A program made the position numbers and the translations under genes. Under the pieces are notes generated by a model. That model saw nothing but the letters and a program-made list of their open reading frames with translations, was not told the origin of the DNA and made no database searches. Source: Reyranellaceae bacterium (GTDB lineage Bacteria > Pseudomonadota > Alphaproteobacteria > Reyranellales > Reyranellaceae). From it: a stretch of DNA of 64,000 bases. Shown here in pieces: positions 1-10,653 of this stretch. Position 1 is the stretch's first letter. Each line of letters starts with the position of its first letter. The DNA is taken from the NCBI GenBank assembly GCA_046349275.1, contig JAXMCN010000019.1, forward strand, positions 31,053 to 95,052. Reading direction: 5' to 3'.

Positions 1-1
1 C

Positions 2-2635
2 CTGCTGATCGGCCTCGAGCCGACCGAGCAGACGCCGATGAAGATGCCGTGGTGGCTGCTGCTGCTGCGCCTGCTGCTGGCCACGGCGCTGATCCTCGCG
101 GTGGCGCACCCGCTGCTCAATCCGCAGGCCGAGCTGCCCGGCAAGGGCCCGCTGCTGCTGGTGATCGACGACGGCTGGTCGTCGGCGCCGGGCTGGACGA
201 CGCGCATGGCGCACGCCGAGCGGCTGATCCAGCGCGCCGAGCGGGCCCAGCGCCCGGTCGTGCTGACGGGCACGGCGCCGCTGCCGATCGACGCCGCCGC
301 GACGCGCCGCGGCGCGATGCGTCCCGACGAGGCGCGCACGCTCTTGCGGGCGATGCGGCCCAAGCCCTGGCCGACCGATCGCGCCGCCGCGGCGACGGCG
401 ATCGACGGGCTCCAGGTCGACTCCGGCGCCACCGTGGTGTGGCTGAGCGACGGGCTGGACGACGACGGCGCCGCCAAGCTGACCGAGCGGCTGCGCCGCT
501 TCGACGGGCTCGAGGTCGTGCTGCCCGACCAGGCGACGACGCCGCTGCTGCTGCTGCCGCCGGCCGCCGAGGGCCGCGACCTCAAGGTCGCCGCGCTGCG
601 CCCGGTGGCCGACGGGCCGCGCAAGGTGGCCGTCCAGGCGAGCGACGAGCAGGGCCGCACGGTGGCCCGGCTCGACATCGACTTCGGCGCCGCCGCGACC
701 CGCGGCGAAGGCACGTTGCAGGCGCCGATCGAGCTGCGCAACCGCATGGCCCGGCTCGACATCGAGACCCAGGGCGGCGCCGGCTCGGCGGTGCTGCTCG
801 ACGAGCGCAACCGCCGCCGGCCGGTGTCGATCCTCGGCGAGCGCCCGACCGCCAGCGGCCAGCCGCTGCTGCAGGAGGTCTACTTCCTCGAGCGGGCGCT
901 CGATCCCTATGTCAGCCTGTCGGTCGGCGACCGCGAGACGGTGCTCAACCGCAACACCGCCGTGCTGCTGATCCCCGACGGCGCCGCGCCCTCGCCGGCC
1001 GATCGCGAGGAGATCGCCAAGTGGATCGAGCGCGGCGGCATCGCCGTGCGCTTCGCCGGACCCAATCTCGCGACCGGCAGCGACAACCTGGTGCCGACCC
1101 GCCTGCGCCTGGGCGACCGGGCGCTGGGCGGCGTCATGAGCTGGGGGCAGCCGGCGACCTTGGCCGAGTTCCCGGCCAACAGCCCGTTCCTCGGCATCGC
1201 CATCCCCAAGGACGTGCGGATCTCGCAGCAGGTCCTGGCCGAGCCGACGCCCGACCTCGCCGACAAGACCTGGGCCCGCCTGACCGACGGCACGCCGCTG
1301 GTCACCGCGGAGAAGCGCGGCCAAGGCTATCTCGTGCTGATCCACACCACGGCCAATACCGGCTGGAGCAACCTCGCGCTGTCGGGACTGTTCGTCGACA
1401 TGTTGCAACGACTCGTCACCCTGTCCCGCGGCATCGCCGGCGACGGCGTCAACAAGGCGCTGAAGCCGTGGCGCACGCTCGACGGCTTCGGCAAGCTCGG
1501 CGCGCCGCCGGCCGGCGCCCAGATGCTGCCGGCCGACGCGCTGGAGACCTTCAAGCCGCGGCCGACCACGCCGCCCGGCCTGTACGGCGACGAGCACGCC
1601 CAGGTCGCCTTCAACATCGGCGGCCACGTGCCGGCGCCCAAGCCGCTCGCCCTGCCGTCCGGCGTGGCGACCGACCGGCTGAGCGAGGGCGGCGAGACCG
1701 ACCTGTCGCGCTGGTTCCTGCTCGCCGCCCTGCTGCTGCTGCTCGCCGACCTGTTCATCTCGCTGTGGCTGCGCGGCCTGCTCGGCCGCCTGGCCGGCCT
1801 GATGCGCGGTCCCGGTCGCGCCGCGACGGCCGGCCTGCTGCTGCTCGCCGCGCTGCTCCTGCCGCCGCCCGACAGCCTGGCGGCCGACCAGCAGGTCAAG
1901 CCCGGGCCGCCGCCGCTCACCGAGGAGCAGGCGCTGAAGGGCGCGCTCGACATCCGGCTCGCCTACATCGTGACCGGCGACAAGGAGGTCGACGATCTCA
2001 GCAAGGCCGGCCTCGAGGGGTTGAGCGAGATCCTGCGCAACCGCACCTCGGTCGAGCCGGCCGACCCGATCGGGCTCGACCTCGAGAAGGATGAGCCGCG
2101 ACTCTACCCGCTGATCTACTGGCCGATCACGTCGAGCCAGCCGGCGCTGTCGCCGCGCGCCTCGGCGGCGCTCGACCGCTACCTGCGCACCGGCGGCATC
2201 ATCTTCCTCGACACGCGCGACCAGCAGATGAGCTTCGACCGGCCGGCCGGCGGCAACCCCGACCTCAAGCGGCTGCTCGGCGGCATCGAGGCGCCGCCGC
2301 TGGTCGCCATGCCGCCCGACCACGTGCTGACCAAGGCGTTCTACCTGCTGTCCGACATGCCGGGCCGCTGGCAGGGCGGCAAGCTGTGGATCGAGGCCGG
2401 CGGCGGCCGGGTCAATGACGGCGTCACCACCCTGATCATCGGCTCCAACGACTATGCCGGCGCCTGGGCGGTCGATCCGCGCGGCCGCGGCCTGCTGCCG
2501 GTCACGCCGGGCGGCGAGACGCAGCGCGAGATGGCCTACCGGGTCGGCGTCAACCTCGTGATGCATGCCCTGACCGGCAACTACAAGGACGACCAGGTGC
2601 ACATCCAGGACATCATGCAGAGGCTGCGGCGATGA
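2..2635 (+). CDS. BatA-N/vWA-like + DUF4159 membrane protein (5' truncated by window edge)
   Basis: Frame open from base 2 (LLIGLEPTEQTPMKMPWWLLLLRLLL, BatA-type N-terminus); LLVIDDGWSS vWA-like motif; C-terminal DUF4159-like region (YPLIYWP...ALTGNYKDDQVH). Confidence 0.8.
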   Translation: MLIGLEPTEQTPMKMPWWLLLLRLLLATALILAVAHPLLNPQAELPGKGPLLLVIDDGWSSAPGWTTRMAHAERLIQRAERAQRPVVLTGTAPLPIDAAATRRGAMRPDEARTLLRAMRPKPWPTDRAAAATAIDGLQVDSGATVVWLSDGLDDDGAAKLTERLRRFDGLEVVLPDQATTPLLLLPPAAEGRDLKVAALRPVADGPRKVAVQASDEQGRTVARLDIDFGAAATRGEGTLQAPIELRNRMARLDIETQGGAGSAVLLDERNRRRPVSILGERPTASGQPLLQEVYFLERALDPYVSLSVGDRETVLNRNTAVLLIPDGAAPSPADREEIAKWIERGGIAVRFAGPNLATGSDNLVPTRLRLGDRALGGVMSWGQPATLAEFPANSPFLGIAIPKDVRISQQVLAEPTPDLADKTWARLTDGTPLVTAEKRGQGYLVLIHTTANTGWSNLALSGLFVDMLQRLVTLSRGIAGDGVNKALKPWRTLDGFGKLGAPPAGAQMLPADALETFKPRPTTPPGLYGDEHAQVAFNIGGHVPAPKPLALPSGVATDRLSEGGETDLSRWFLLAALLLLLADLFISLWLRGLLGRLAGLMRGPGRAATAGLLLLAALLLPPPDSLAADQQVKPGPPPLTEEQALKGALDIRLAYIVTGDKEVDDLSKAGLEGLSEILRNRTSVEPADPIGLDLEKDEPRLYPLIYWPITSSQPALSPRASAALDRYLRTGGIIFLDTRDQQMSFDRPAGGNPDLKRLLGGIEAPPLVAMPPDHVLTKAFYLLSDMPGRWQGGKLWIEAGGGRVNDGVTTLIIGSNDYAGAWAVDPRGRGLLPVTPGGETQREMAYRVGVNLVMHALTGNYKDDQVHIQDIMQRLRR

Positions 2636-4731
2636 ACGCCAGTTCCGCGGTCTCGCTGGCCTTCGACCCGCTGCTGCCATGGTGGGCCCTGGCGGCCCTC
2701 GGCGCGGTCGGCGTCGCGCTGGTCGTGCTCGGCCTGCTGGCGCGGGCCCGCGGCACCTGGCTGCGGCTCGGCGCCCTGGTCGTCGTGCTGGCGGCGCTGG
2801 CCAACCCGGCGCTGGTCGAGGAGAAGCGCAAGCCGATCGCCGACGTCGCGCTGGTCGTCACCGACGATTCCGATTCGATGGCGATCGGCGAGCGGCGACC
2901 GCAGGTCCAGGCGGCCAAGGAAGCGCTCAAGAAGCGGCTGGCGCAGCAGGAAGGGCTCGAGGTGCGCGAGGCCACCCTGCCGCCGGCCCATCTGCAGCTC
3001 GGCAGCGAGCGGCCCGGCGGCACGCGGCTGATCGAGACCATGCGCTCGGCGCTGGTCGACGTGCCGCCTGAACGGCTGGCCGGCGTCGTGCTCTTGAGCG
3101 ACGGCCAGGTGCACGACGTGCCGGCGATCGCCAACGGCAGCGGCCTGCCGCCCGAGCTGGGCGGCGCGCCGGTGCACGCCATGATCGCCGGCAAGAAGGG
3201 CGAGAAGGACCGCCTGATCGTGCTTGAGCAGTCGCCGCGCTTCGGCGTGGTCGGCCGCGAGGTCACGGCCAAGTTCCGGATCGAGGATCCGGCCGGCGGC
3301 ACCGCGCCGGTCACCCTGTCGGTCGGCGGCGAGGTGGTACGCCGCATGGACGTGCCGGTCGGCAAGTCGGTCGAGCTGCCGATCACCGTCGGCAATCCCG
3401 GCGCCAACGTCGTCGAGCTCGATGTCGCTCCGGGCCCGGCCGAGCTGACGCTCGACAACAACCGCGCCCTGTTCACCATCAACGGCGTGCGCGACCGGCT
3501 GCGCGTGCTGCTGGTCTCGGGCGAGCCCTACCAGGGCGAGCGGGCGTGGCGGAACCTGCTGAAGAGCGACCCGGCGGTCGACCTGGTGCACTTCACCATC
3601 CTGCGCACGCCGCAGAAGGACGACTTCACGCCGGTCCGCGAGCTCAGCCTGATCGTCTTCCCGATGCGCGAGCTGTTCGAGCAGAAGCTCAAGGAATTCG
3701 ACCTCATCATCTTCGACCGCTACGAATCAGGCAGCCTGATCACGCGCGACTACTTCCGCAACATCGCCGAGTACGTGAAGGCGGGCGGCGCGCTGCTGGT
3801 CTCGGTCGGGCCGGTGTTCGCGACCCAGCGCTCGCTGTACCGCACGCCGCTCGGCGCCGTGCTGCCGGCGGCGCCGCTCGGCGACGTGCTGGAGACCGGC
3901 TTCAAGCCGCGGGTCAGCGAGGTCGGCCAGCGCCATCCGGTGACCGCCAACCTGCCGCAGGCCGGCGATCCCGGGAAGGAACCCGAGTGGGGCCGCTGGT
4001 TCCGGCTGGTGACCTCGCGCACCGAGCACGGCAACGCCGTCCTGTCGGGCGCCGACGACAAGCCGCTGGTCATCCTCGACCGGGTCGGCCAGGGCAGGGT
4101 GGCGCAGCTGATGTCCGATCAGCTGTGGCTGTGGAACCGCGGCATCGACGGTGGCGGGCCGCAGCCCGAGCTGGTCCGTCGCATCGCCCATTGGCTGATG
4201 AAGGAGCCCGACCTCGAGGAGGAGGCGCTGCGCGCCACTGCGGTCGGCGGCCGCATCGAGGTGACGCGGCGCACTCTTGCCACCAGCTTCCCGACCGTGA
4301 CCATGACGGCGCCGGACGGCAGCACGCGGCAGGTCGAGCTGCGCCAGACCAGCCCGGGCCTCGGTCTCGGCGTGGTCGAGGTCGACAAGCCGGGCCTCTA
4401 CCGTTTCGACGACGGCAGCCTGCGCACCGTGGCGGCGGTCGGCAATCCCGACCCGCTGGAATTCTCCGACGTGCGCGCCACCGACCAGAAGCTCAAGCCC
4501 CTGGTCGAGGCCTCGGGCGGCAGCATCGTCTGGATCGCCGACAACGGCGATCCCGAGGTGCGCGCCGTGCGGCCGGGCCGGGCCGCCGGCGGCTCCGACT
4601 GGATCGGCCTGCGGCGCAACGAGGGCTACACGGTGGCCGGCATCAACCAGCTGCCGCTGCTGCCCGGCATCCTCGTGGCCCTCGCCTTCCTGCTGGCGCT
4701 GGGCAGCGCCTGGTGGCGCGAGGGACGTTAG
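2632..4731 (+). CDS. Conserved membrane protein with glutamine-amidotransferase-like domain (MoxR/vWA operon partner)
   Basis: ATGA overlap with upstream gene; N- and C-terminal TM helices; RVLLVSGEP...WRNLLKSDPAVDLVHFTILR motif. Confidence 0.75.
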   Translation: MNASSAVSLAFDPLLPWWALAALGAVGVALVVLGLLARARGTWLRLGALVVVLAALANPALVEEKRKPIADVALVVTDDSDSMAIGERRPQVQAAKEALKKRLAQQEGLEVREATLPPAHLQLGSERPGGTRLIETMRSALVDVPPERLAGVVLLSDGQVHDVPAIANGSGLPPELGGAPVHAMIAGKKGEKDRLIVLEQSPRFGVVGREVTAKFRIEDPAGGTAPVTLSVGGEVVRRMDVPVGKSVELPITVGNPGANVVELDVAPGPAELTLDNNRALFTINGVRDRLRVLLVSGEPYQGERAWRNLLKSDPAVDLVHFTILRTPQKDDFTPVRELSLIVFPMRELFEQKLKEFDLIIFDRYESGSLITRDYFRNIAEYVKAGGALLVSVGPVFATQRSLYRTPLGAVLPAAPLGDVLETGFKPRVSEVGQRHPVTANLPQAGDPGKEPEWGRWFRLVTSRTEHGNAVLSGADDKPLVILDRVGQGRVAQLMSDQLWLWNRGIDGGGPQPELVRRIAHWLMKEPDLEEEALRATAVGGRIEVTRRTLATSFPTVTMTAPDGSTRQVELRQTSPGLGLGVVEVDKPGLYRFDDGSLRTVAAVGNPDPLEFSDVRATDQKLKPLVEASGGSIVWIADNGDPEVRAVRPGRAAGGSDWIGLRRNEGYTVAGINQLPLLPGILVALAFLLALGSAWWREGR

Positions 4732-4741
4732 GGCCGCTCCG

Positions 4742-4788
4742 CCCCCTCCGGCCCTTCGGGCCACCTCGCCACGCCAAGCGTGGGGAGG
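4742..4788. repeat. Alphaproteobacterial intergenic double-hairpin (REP/RIME-like) element
   Basis: CCCCCTCCGGCCCTTCGGGCCACCTCGCCACGCCAAGCGTGGGGAGG: two stacked hairpins between convergent genes. Confidence 0.55.
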
Positions 4789-4812
4789 TCGTCAAGCCTC
4801 GTGACTATCAGC

Positions 4813-4865
4813 GGACCGCGCGCCTCCAGGCGCGCCTCATGAGCGCGCCTGGAGGCGCGCGGTCC
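4813..4865. repeat. Perfect 23-bp inverted repeat (REP-like palindrome; possible bidirectional terminator)
   Basis: GGACCGCGCGCCTCCAGGCGCGC-ctcatga-GCGCGCCTGGAGGCGCGCGGTCC; related copy at 35564-35620. Confidence 0.8.
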
Positions 4866-4873
4866 CCTGAGCT

Positions 4874-7800
4874 TCAGACCTTCGTGGGCGTCGCCGTCTT
4901 CGCCTCGCGATCGCGGGCCAGCACGCGCTGCACGACGACGAAGAACACCGGCACCATCAGCAGCGCCAGCACGACCACGGCGATCATGCCGCCCATCACG
5001 CCGGTGCCGAGCGCCTGCTGGCTCTTGCCGCCGGCGCCGGTGGCGATCGCCATCGGCAGCACGCCGCAGACGAAGGCGAAGCCGGTCATCAGGATCGGCC
5101 GGAAGCGCAGGCGGCAGGCCTCGAGCGTCGCCTCGACCAGCGGCTTGCCGTGCGCCCGCAGGTCCTTGGCGAACTCGATGATCAGGATGGCGTCCTTGGC
5201 GGCCAGCCCGATGATCGTGATCAGCCCGACGGTGAAATACACGTCGTTGGGCAGGCCGCGCAGGTTGGCGGCGATCACCGCGCCGATCATGCCGAGCGGC
5301 ACGGTGAGCAGCACGGCGACCGGGATCGTCCAGCTCTCGTAGAGCGCCGCCAGGCACAGGAAGACGACCAGCGCCGACAAGCCCAGCAGCAGCGGCGCCT
5401 GCGAACCCGCCAGCTTCTCCTGCAGCGACTGGCCGGTCCATTCGAAGCCGAAGCCGCGCGGCAGCTGGCCGGCCAGGCGCTCCATCTCGGCGATCGCGTC
5501 GCCGCTGGTGTAGCCGGGGCGGGCCACGCCGCTGATGCGCAAGGACGGATAGTAGTTGAAGCCGACGATCTGCGCCGGACCCTTGGCCCATTCGACGGTG
5601 GCGAACGACGAGAACGGCACCAGCTGGCCGCCGGCATTGCGCACCGTGTAGGCCAGGATGTCGTCCGGCGTCATGCGCGCGGCGACGTCGCTCTGCACGA
5701 TGACCCGCTGCATGCGGCCGCGGTTGGGGAAGTCGTTGACGTAGGCCGAGCCGAGATTGGTCGAGATCGTGCTGTTGATGTCGGCGAAGGCGACGCCGAA
5801 CGCCATCGCCTTCTCGCGGTCGACCATCAGGTTGACGACCGGCCCCTCGGGCAGGCCCTCGATGTAGACGTCGCGCAGCACCGGGCTGGCGTTCGCCAGA
5901 TGCACCAGCTGGTCGCCGGCCGCCTTGAGCGCGCTGTGACCGCGCTGGCCGCGGTCCTGCAGGCGGAAGCTGAAGCCGCTCGAGTTGCCGAGATTGTCGA
6001 TCGGCGGCGGCTGCAGGGCCGAGATCTCGGCGTCGCGCACCGAGGCGAGGTCGCGGTTGATGTCGTCGACCAGGGCGGCTGCCGATTCGTTCGGGCCGCG
6101 CTGCGACCAGTCCTTCAGGGTGATGAAGGCCTGCGCCGTGTTGGCGCCCTGGCCGAGGAAGCTGAAGCCGGTCAGGAAGGTGACGTCCCTGATGCCCGGC
6201 TTGCCGAGCAGGTAGCGCTCGACCGCCTGCACCGCCGCCTCGGTGCGGTTGAACGAGGCGTCGGCCGGGGTCTGCACGTCGGTCGTGATGAAGCCCTGGT
6301 CGTCGATCGGCAGGAAGCCGCCGGGCAGGCGCACGAAGGCCCAGCCCAGCGCCAGCAGCAGCGCGCCGTAGATCACCATCAGCCGACCGGTGCGGCGCAG
6401 CGACCAGCCGACGATGCCGACATAGCGTTCGCGCACCGAATCGAGACCGCGGTTGAAGCCGCCGAAGATCCGGCCGAGCAGGCCTTTGCCGACGGCGTGA
6501 CCGTGGCCGCCGGCCGGCAGCGGCTTCAAGAGGGTGGCGCACAGCGCCGGCGTGAGCGACAGCGCCAGCAGCGCCGAGAAGCCGACGGCGGCGACCATGG
6601 TGACCGAGAACTGCCGATAGATGATTCCGACCGAGCCCGGGAAGAAGGCCATCGGCAGGAACACCGCCATCAGCACCAGGGTGATGCCGACGATCGCGCT
6701 GGTGATCTGCGACATCGCCTTGCGTGTCGCCTCGCGCGGCGACAGCCCCTCCTCGGCCATGATGCGTTCGACGTTCTCGACCACGACGATGGCGTCGTCG
6801 ACCAGGATGCCGATCGCCAGCACCATGGCGAACAGGGTCAGCATGTTGATCGAGTAGCCGACCGCCAGCAGGACGGCGCAGGCGCCGAGCAGCGCGACCG
6901 GCACGACGATCGTCGGGATGATCGTGTAGCGGATGTTCTGCAGGAACAGGAACATCACGACGAAGACCAGCACCACGGCCTCGATCAGGGTCATGATGAC
7001 CTTCTGGATCGAGGCCTCGACCACCGGCGTGATGTTGTAGGGGATCTGGTAGGTGATGGTGGCCGGGAAGAAGCGCGACAGCTCCTTCATCTTGGCTTCG
7101 ACGGCGCTGGCCGTGGCCAGCGCGTTGCCGGTCGGCGCCAGCAGCACCGACAGGCCGGCGGTCGGCTTGCCGTTCAGCCGGGTGGTGAACTGGTAGCCCA
7201 TGCCGCCGACCTCGATGCGCGCCACGTCGCGCAGCCGCACCGTCGAGCCGTCGGGCTTGGCGCGCAGCACGATGGCGCCGAACTCCTCGGGCGTCGCCAG
7301 CTGGCCCTTGACCAGGACCAGGAACGAGACCCGCTGGGTCGACCGGCTGGGCTCGGCGCCGACGCTACCCGAGGCGACCTGGGCGTTCTGTGCGCTGATC
7401 GCCGCCGTCACGTCGTCGGCCGTCAGGTTGTAGCCGAGCAGCTTCTCGGGATCGATCCAGACCCGCAGGGCGCGCTCGGTGGAGTAGAGCGTGGCGCGGC
7501 CGACGCCGGGAATGCGCCGGATCTCGCCCAGCACGTTGCGCACCATGAAGTCGCCCAGCCCGACTTCGTCGAGGCTGCCGTCGGTCGAGCTGAGCGTGAT
7601 GATCTGCAGCACTGCGCTCGAGGCCTCCTCGATCAGGATGCCCTGCTGGATCACCGCGCGCGGCAGGCGCGCCTCGACCCGCTTGATGCGGTTCTGGACC
7701 TCGACCGAGGCCAGCGAGGGGTCGGTGCCCGGCACGAAGTTGGCAATGATGTCGACCTGCCCCAGCGAGTCGGAGGTCGATTCGAAGTTCAGGATGCCGG

Positions 7801-8017
7801 CGGCGCCGTTCAGCTCCTCCTCGATCAGGCGGGTGACCGAGTTGTACAGGTTCTCCGGCGAGGCGCCGGGATAGCTGGTGCTGATCGAGATCGAGGGCGG
7901 CGCGATCACCGGATACTGGGCGATCGCCAGCAGCGGGATGGCCAGCGCGCCGATCAGGCTGATGAACAGGGCGACGACGCAGGCGAAGATCGGCCGGTCG
8001 ATGAAGAAGCTGGCCAT
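4874..8017 (-). CDS. RND multidrug efflux permease (AcrB/MexB family)
   Basis: 1047 aa; FFIDRPIFA start, AIGILVDDAIVVVENVER, RFRPILMT. Confidence 0.95.
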   Translation of the reverse strand: MASFFIDRPIFACVVALFISLIGALAIPLLAIAQYPVIAPPSISISTSYPGASPENLYNSVTRLIEEELNGAAGILNFESTSDSLGQVDIIANFVPGTDPSLASVEVQNRIKRVEARLPRAVIQQGILIEEASSAVLQIITLSSTDGSLDEVGLGDFMVRNVLGEIRRIPGVGRATLYSTERALRVWIDPEKLLGYNLTADDVTAAISAQNAQVASGSVGAEPSRSTQRVSFLVLVKGQLATPEEFGAIVLRAKPDGSTVRLRDVARIEVGGMGYQFTTRLNGKPTAGLSVLLAPTGNALATASAVEAKMKELSRFFPATITYQIPYNITPVVEASIQKVIMTLIEAVVLVFVVMFLFLQNIRYTIIPTIVVPVALLGACAVLLAVGYSINMLTLFAMVLAIGILVDDAIVVVENVERIMAEEGLSPREATRKAMSQITSAIVGITLVLMAVFLPMAFFPGSVGIIYRQFSVTMVAAVGFSALLALSLTPALCATLLKPLPAGGHGHAVGKGLLGRIFGGFNRGLDSVRERYVGIVGWSLRRTGRLMVIYGALLLALGWAFVRLPGGFLPIDDQGFITTDVQTPADASFNRTEAAVQAVERYLLGKPGIRDVTFLTGFSFLGQGANTAQAFITLKDWSQRGPNESAAALVDDINRDLASVRDAEISALQPPPIDNLGNSSGFSFRLQDRGQRGHSALKAAGDQLVHLANASPVLRDVYIEGLPEGPVVNLMVDREKAMAFGVAFADINSTISTNLGSAYVNDFPNRGRMQRVIVQSDVAARMTPDDILAYTVRNAGGQLVPFSSFATVEWAKGPAQIVGFNYYPSLRISGVARPGYTSGDAIAEMERLAGQLPRGFGFEWTGQSLQEKLAGSQAPLLLGLSALVVFLCLAALYESWTIPVAVLLTVPLGMIGAVIAANLRGLPNDVYFTVGLITIIGLAAKDAILIIEFAKDLRAHGKPLVEATLEACRLRFRPILMTGFAFVCGVLPMAIATGAGGKSQQALGTGVMGGMIAVVVLALLMVPVFFVVVQRVLARDREAKTATPTKV

Positions 8018-8021
8018 GCGG

Positions 8022-9221
8022 TCAGCGGCCGCCCATGGCGGGAGCCGTCGGGTGAGCCTTGGCGCCCGCCGCCCCGGCCTCCGGCGCGAAGGCGCGGGGC
8101 TGCACGGCGTCCCCCGCGGCGATCTTCTGGAAGCCGTCGACGACCACCCGATCGCCCGGCTTCAGCCCCTCGAGCACCTGCCAGCGACCGCCGTGCGCCG
8201 TGCCCAGCCGCACCGGCTGCACGGCGACCCGGTTGTCGTCCTTGACGACGAAGACCTCGCTGCCGCCGCCGCCGTTGCGCTGGATCGCCTGCTCGGGCAC
8301 CGCCAGCGCGTCGCTGTCGATTCCCTGCTCGATCAGCACGCGCACGTACATGCCGGGCAGCAGCTCGCGCTCGGCATTGGGGAACAGGCCGCGCAGGGTG
8401 ACTTGGCCGGAGGCCATGTCGACCCGGGCGTCGGAGAACAGCAGCTTGCCGGGATGGCGATAGGCGCTGCCGTCCTCGAGCTCGAGATGGACCTGCACGG
8501 CCTCCGGCGCGATGCGCTCGAGGTCGCCCGCCTCGAGCGAGCGCCTCAACCGGGTGAGGTCGGCAACGGATTGGGTGAAGTCGGCGTAGATGGGATCGAG
8601 CTGCTGGATGACGGCGAGGCTGGTCGCGTCGTTCTGCACCACCAGCGCGCCTTCTGAGGCCAGCGCGGCGCCGATGCGTCCGCTGATCGGCGCCCGGATC
8701 GTCGCATAGTCGAGGTTGAGGCGGGCCCGCGCCAGGTCGGCCTCGCGCGCCGAGACCTCGGCCTTGGCCTGGGCAACGGTGGCGACCGCGATTTCGTGCT
8801 GCGCCGTCGACAGGGCCTTGGACTTGAGCAGGGCCTCCGAGCGGCCCGACTGCGACACCGCGAGATCGTAGCCGGCCCGCGCCCGCTCGAGCGCCGCCTC
8901 GGCCGACTGCAGCTCGACCTCGAACGGCTTGGGATCGATCTGGTAGAGCGGTTCGCCGGCCTTGACGTCGCTGCCCTGCTCGAACAGGCGCTGGGTCACG
9001 ATCCCCGAGACCCGTGGCCGGACCTCGGCGACCCGGGTCGGCGTGATTCGTCCCGGCAGCTCCCGCACCACCGCGAAGGGCTTGGCCTCGACGACGACGA
9101 TGCCGACCTCGGGAGGCTTGGGAGCCGGCGCCTCTGCCGAATCCTGGCGACAGGCGGCGAGCAACAGACCCACGGGCAGCAGCGCGCAGGCCGCAAACCC
9201 CGAACCAAGCACTCGCTTCAT
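8022..9221 (-). CDS. RND efflux periplasmic adaptor lipoprotein (AcrA family)
   Basis: Lipobox LAAC; AEVRPRVSGIV, RAPISGRIG, LLPGMYVR; ATG at 9221 preferred. Confidence 0.93.
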   Translation of the reverse strand: MKRVLGSGFAACALLPVGLLLAACRQDSAEAPAPKPPEVGIVVVEAKPFAVVRELPGRITPTRVAEVRPRVSGIVTQRLFEQGSDVKAGEPLYQIDPKPFEVELQSAEAALERARAGYDLAVSQSGRSEALLKSKALSTAQHEIAVATVAQAKAEVSAREADLARARLNLDYATIRAPISGRIGAALASEGALVVQNDATSLAVIQQLDPIYADFTQSVADLTRLRRSLEAGDLERIAPEAVQVHLELEDGSAYRHPGKLLFSDARVDMASGQVTLRGLFPNAERELLPGMYVRVLIEQGIDSDALAVPEQAIQRNGGGGSEVFVVKDDNRVAVQPVRLGTAHGGRWQVLEGLKPGDRVVVDGFQKIAAGDAVQPRAFAPEAGAAGAKAHPTAPAMGGR

Positions 9222-9393
9222 CAAGCCCCCGCCCCGCCTCAAGCACGCCGCTGGCCGTGGACGTTTGCTTGCCTCAACCGTCCCCGGTTCCTCTCGCCCT
9301 TACATGGGGATCGGTCGGCGTTTCGCCAAGACGCCCCACAGCCAGGTCCGGGGAAGCGTTGACTTCGCCCGCGCCGCTTCGGAGCATGCCTTC

Positions 9394-10653
9394 ATGGCGA
9401 TACTTTTTACCAATGCGCGGCTGGTGCTCGACGGCGTGGACTCGACGCAGCCGGGTCATGCCGTGCTGGTGCGCGACGGCCGCATCGCCGCGGTGGCACG
9501 GGGACCCTTGGCCGTCGACGATGCGACGGTGATCGATCTCGCCGGCCGCACCCTGATGCCGGGCCTGATCGACGCCCATGCGCACATCACCGGCCTGTCG
9601 CTCACGCCGAAGAACATCGCCGTCCCGGCGGCCGAGATCGCCATCGCCTCGGCGCGCTACCTGCGCAACAGCCTGATGGACGGCTACACGACCTTGCGCG
9701 AGGCCGGCGGCGCCGACCATGCGACGGCCCGGCTGCTGGCCGAGGGCCACATCGTCGGCCCCCGCCTCTACTACTCGGGCAAGGCCCTGACCCAGACCGG
9801 CGGCGGCGCCGACTTCCGCACGCCCGACGAGGAGATCGACCCGTGCGGCCATGTCGGACCGTTCTCGATCATGTCGGTGATCGCCGACGGCGTCGACGCC
9901 ATCCGCCACGCGGCGCGCGAGGAGCTGCGCAAGGGCGCCAGCCAGATCAAGCTGTTCGCCTCGGGCGGCGTCGTGTTCCCGGCCGAGGGTCACGCCACGC
10001 GCTACGAGTTCTCCAACGAGGAGCTGCGCGCCGCCGTCGAGGAAGCCGAGGCGCGCGGCACCTACGTCATGGCGCACGTCTACACCGACGAGGGCGTGCG
10101 CCGCTGCCTGGCCGCCGGCGTGCGCTCGATCGAGCACGCCAACTTCGTGAGCGAGGCGACGGTGGCGCTGATGGCCGAGCACGGCGCCTTCTACGTGCCG
10201 ACCTTCATCTCGCTCGTGCAGCGCATCGAGAGCGCCGCCGAGACCCATCTGCCCGAGGCGATCGTGCGCAACCTCGAGCGCACGGTCGAGCGCGGCCGCC
10301 AGGTCTACCGCTGGGCGCGCAAGCACGGCGTGCCGATCGGCTTCGGCACCGACCTGTGGGGCCCCGACGCCCAGCTGTCGCAGCTGCGCGAGCTCGAGAT
10401 GCGCCGCGACCTCGATTCGCCGGCCGAGATCCTGCGCTCGGCCACCGCGGTCAACGCCGAGCTGCTGATGGAGAAGGGCCGGCTCGGCGTCATCGCCGAG
10501 GGCGCCGCGGCCGACTTGCTTGTCGTCGACGGCGATCCGCTCGAAGACCTGTCGGTACTGCTCGATCCGGTGCGGAACCTGAAGCTGATCATGAAGGACG
10601 GCGTCGTCTGCAAGGACGAGCTGTCGGCGCGCGCTCAGCCGACGAGCGGATAG
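9394..10653 (+). CDS. Metal-dependent amidohydrolase (Xaa-Pro dipeptidase/prolidase-like)
   Basis: PGLIDAHAH, SIEHAN, GFGTD, ADLLVVDGDP motifs; ATG 9394 after GGAG. Confidence 0.88.
   Translation: MAILFTNARLVLDGVDSTQPGHAVLVRDGRIAAVARGPLAVDDATVIDLAGRTLMPGLIDAHAHITGLSLTPKNIAVPAAEIAIASARYLRNSLMDGYTTLREAGGADHATARLLAEGHIVGPRLYYSGKALTQTGGGADFRTPDEEIDPCGHVGPFSIMSVIADGVDAIRHAAREELRKGASQIKLFASGGVVFPAEGHATRYEFSNEELRAAVEEAEARGTYVMAHVYTDEGVRRCLAAGVRSIEHANFVSEATVALMAEHGAFYVPTFISLVQRIESAAETHLPEAIVRNLERTVERGRQVYRWARKHGVPIGFGTDLWGPDAQLSQLRELEMRRDLDSPAEILRSATAVNAELLMEKGRLGVIAEGAAADLLVVDGDPLEDLSVLLDPVRNLKLIMKDGVVCKDELSARAQPTSG

Noticed and set aside
4874-9221. RND pump lacking an outer-membrane factor or regulator
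   Set aside because: Common arrangement; a TolC-type channel is usually encoded elsewhere.
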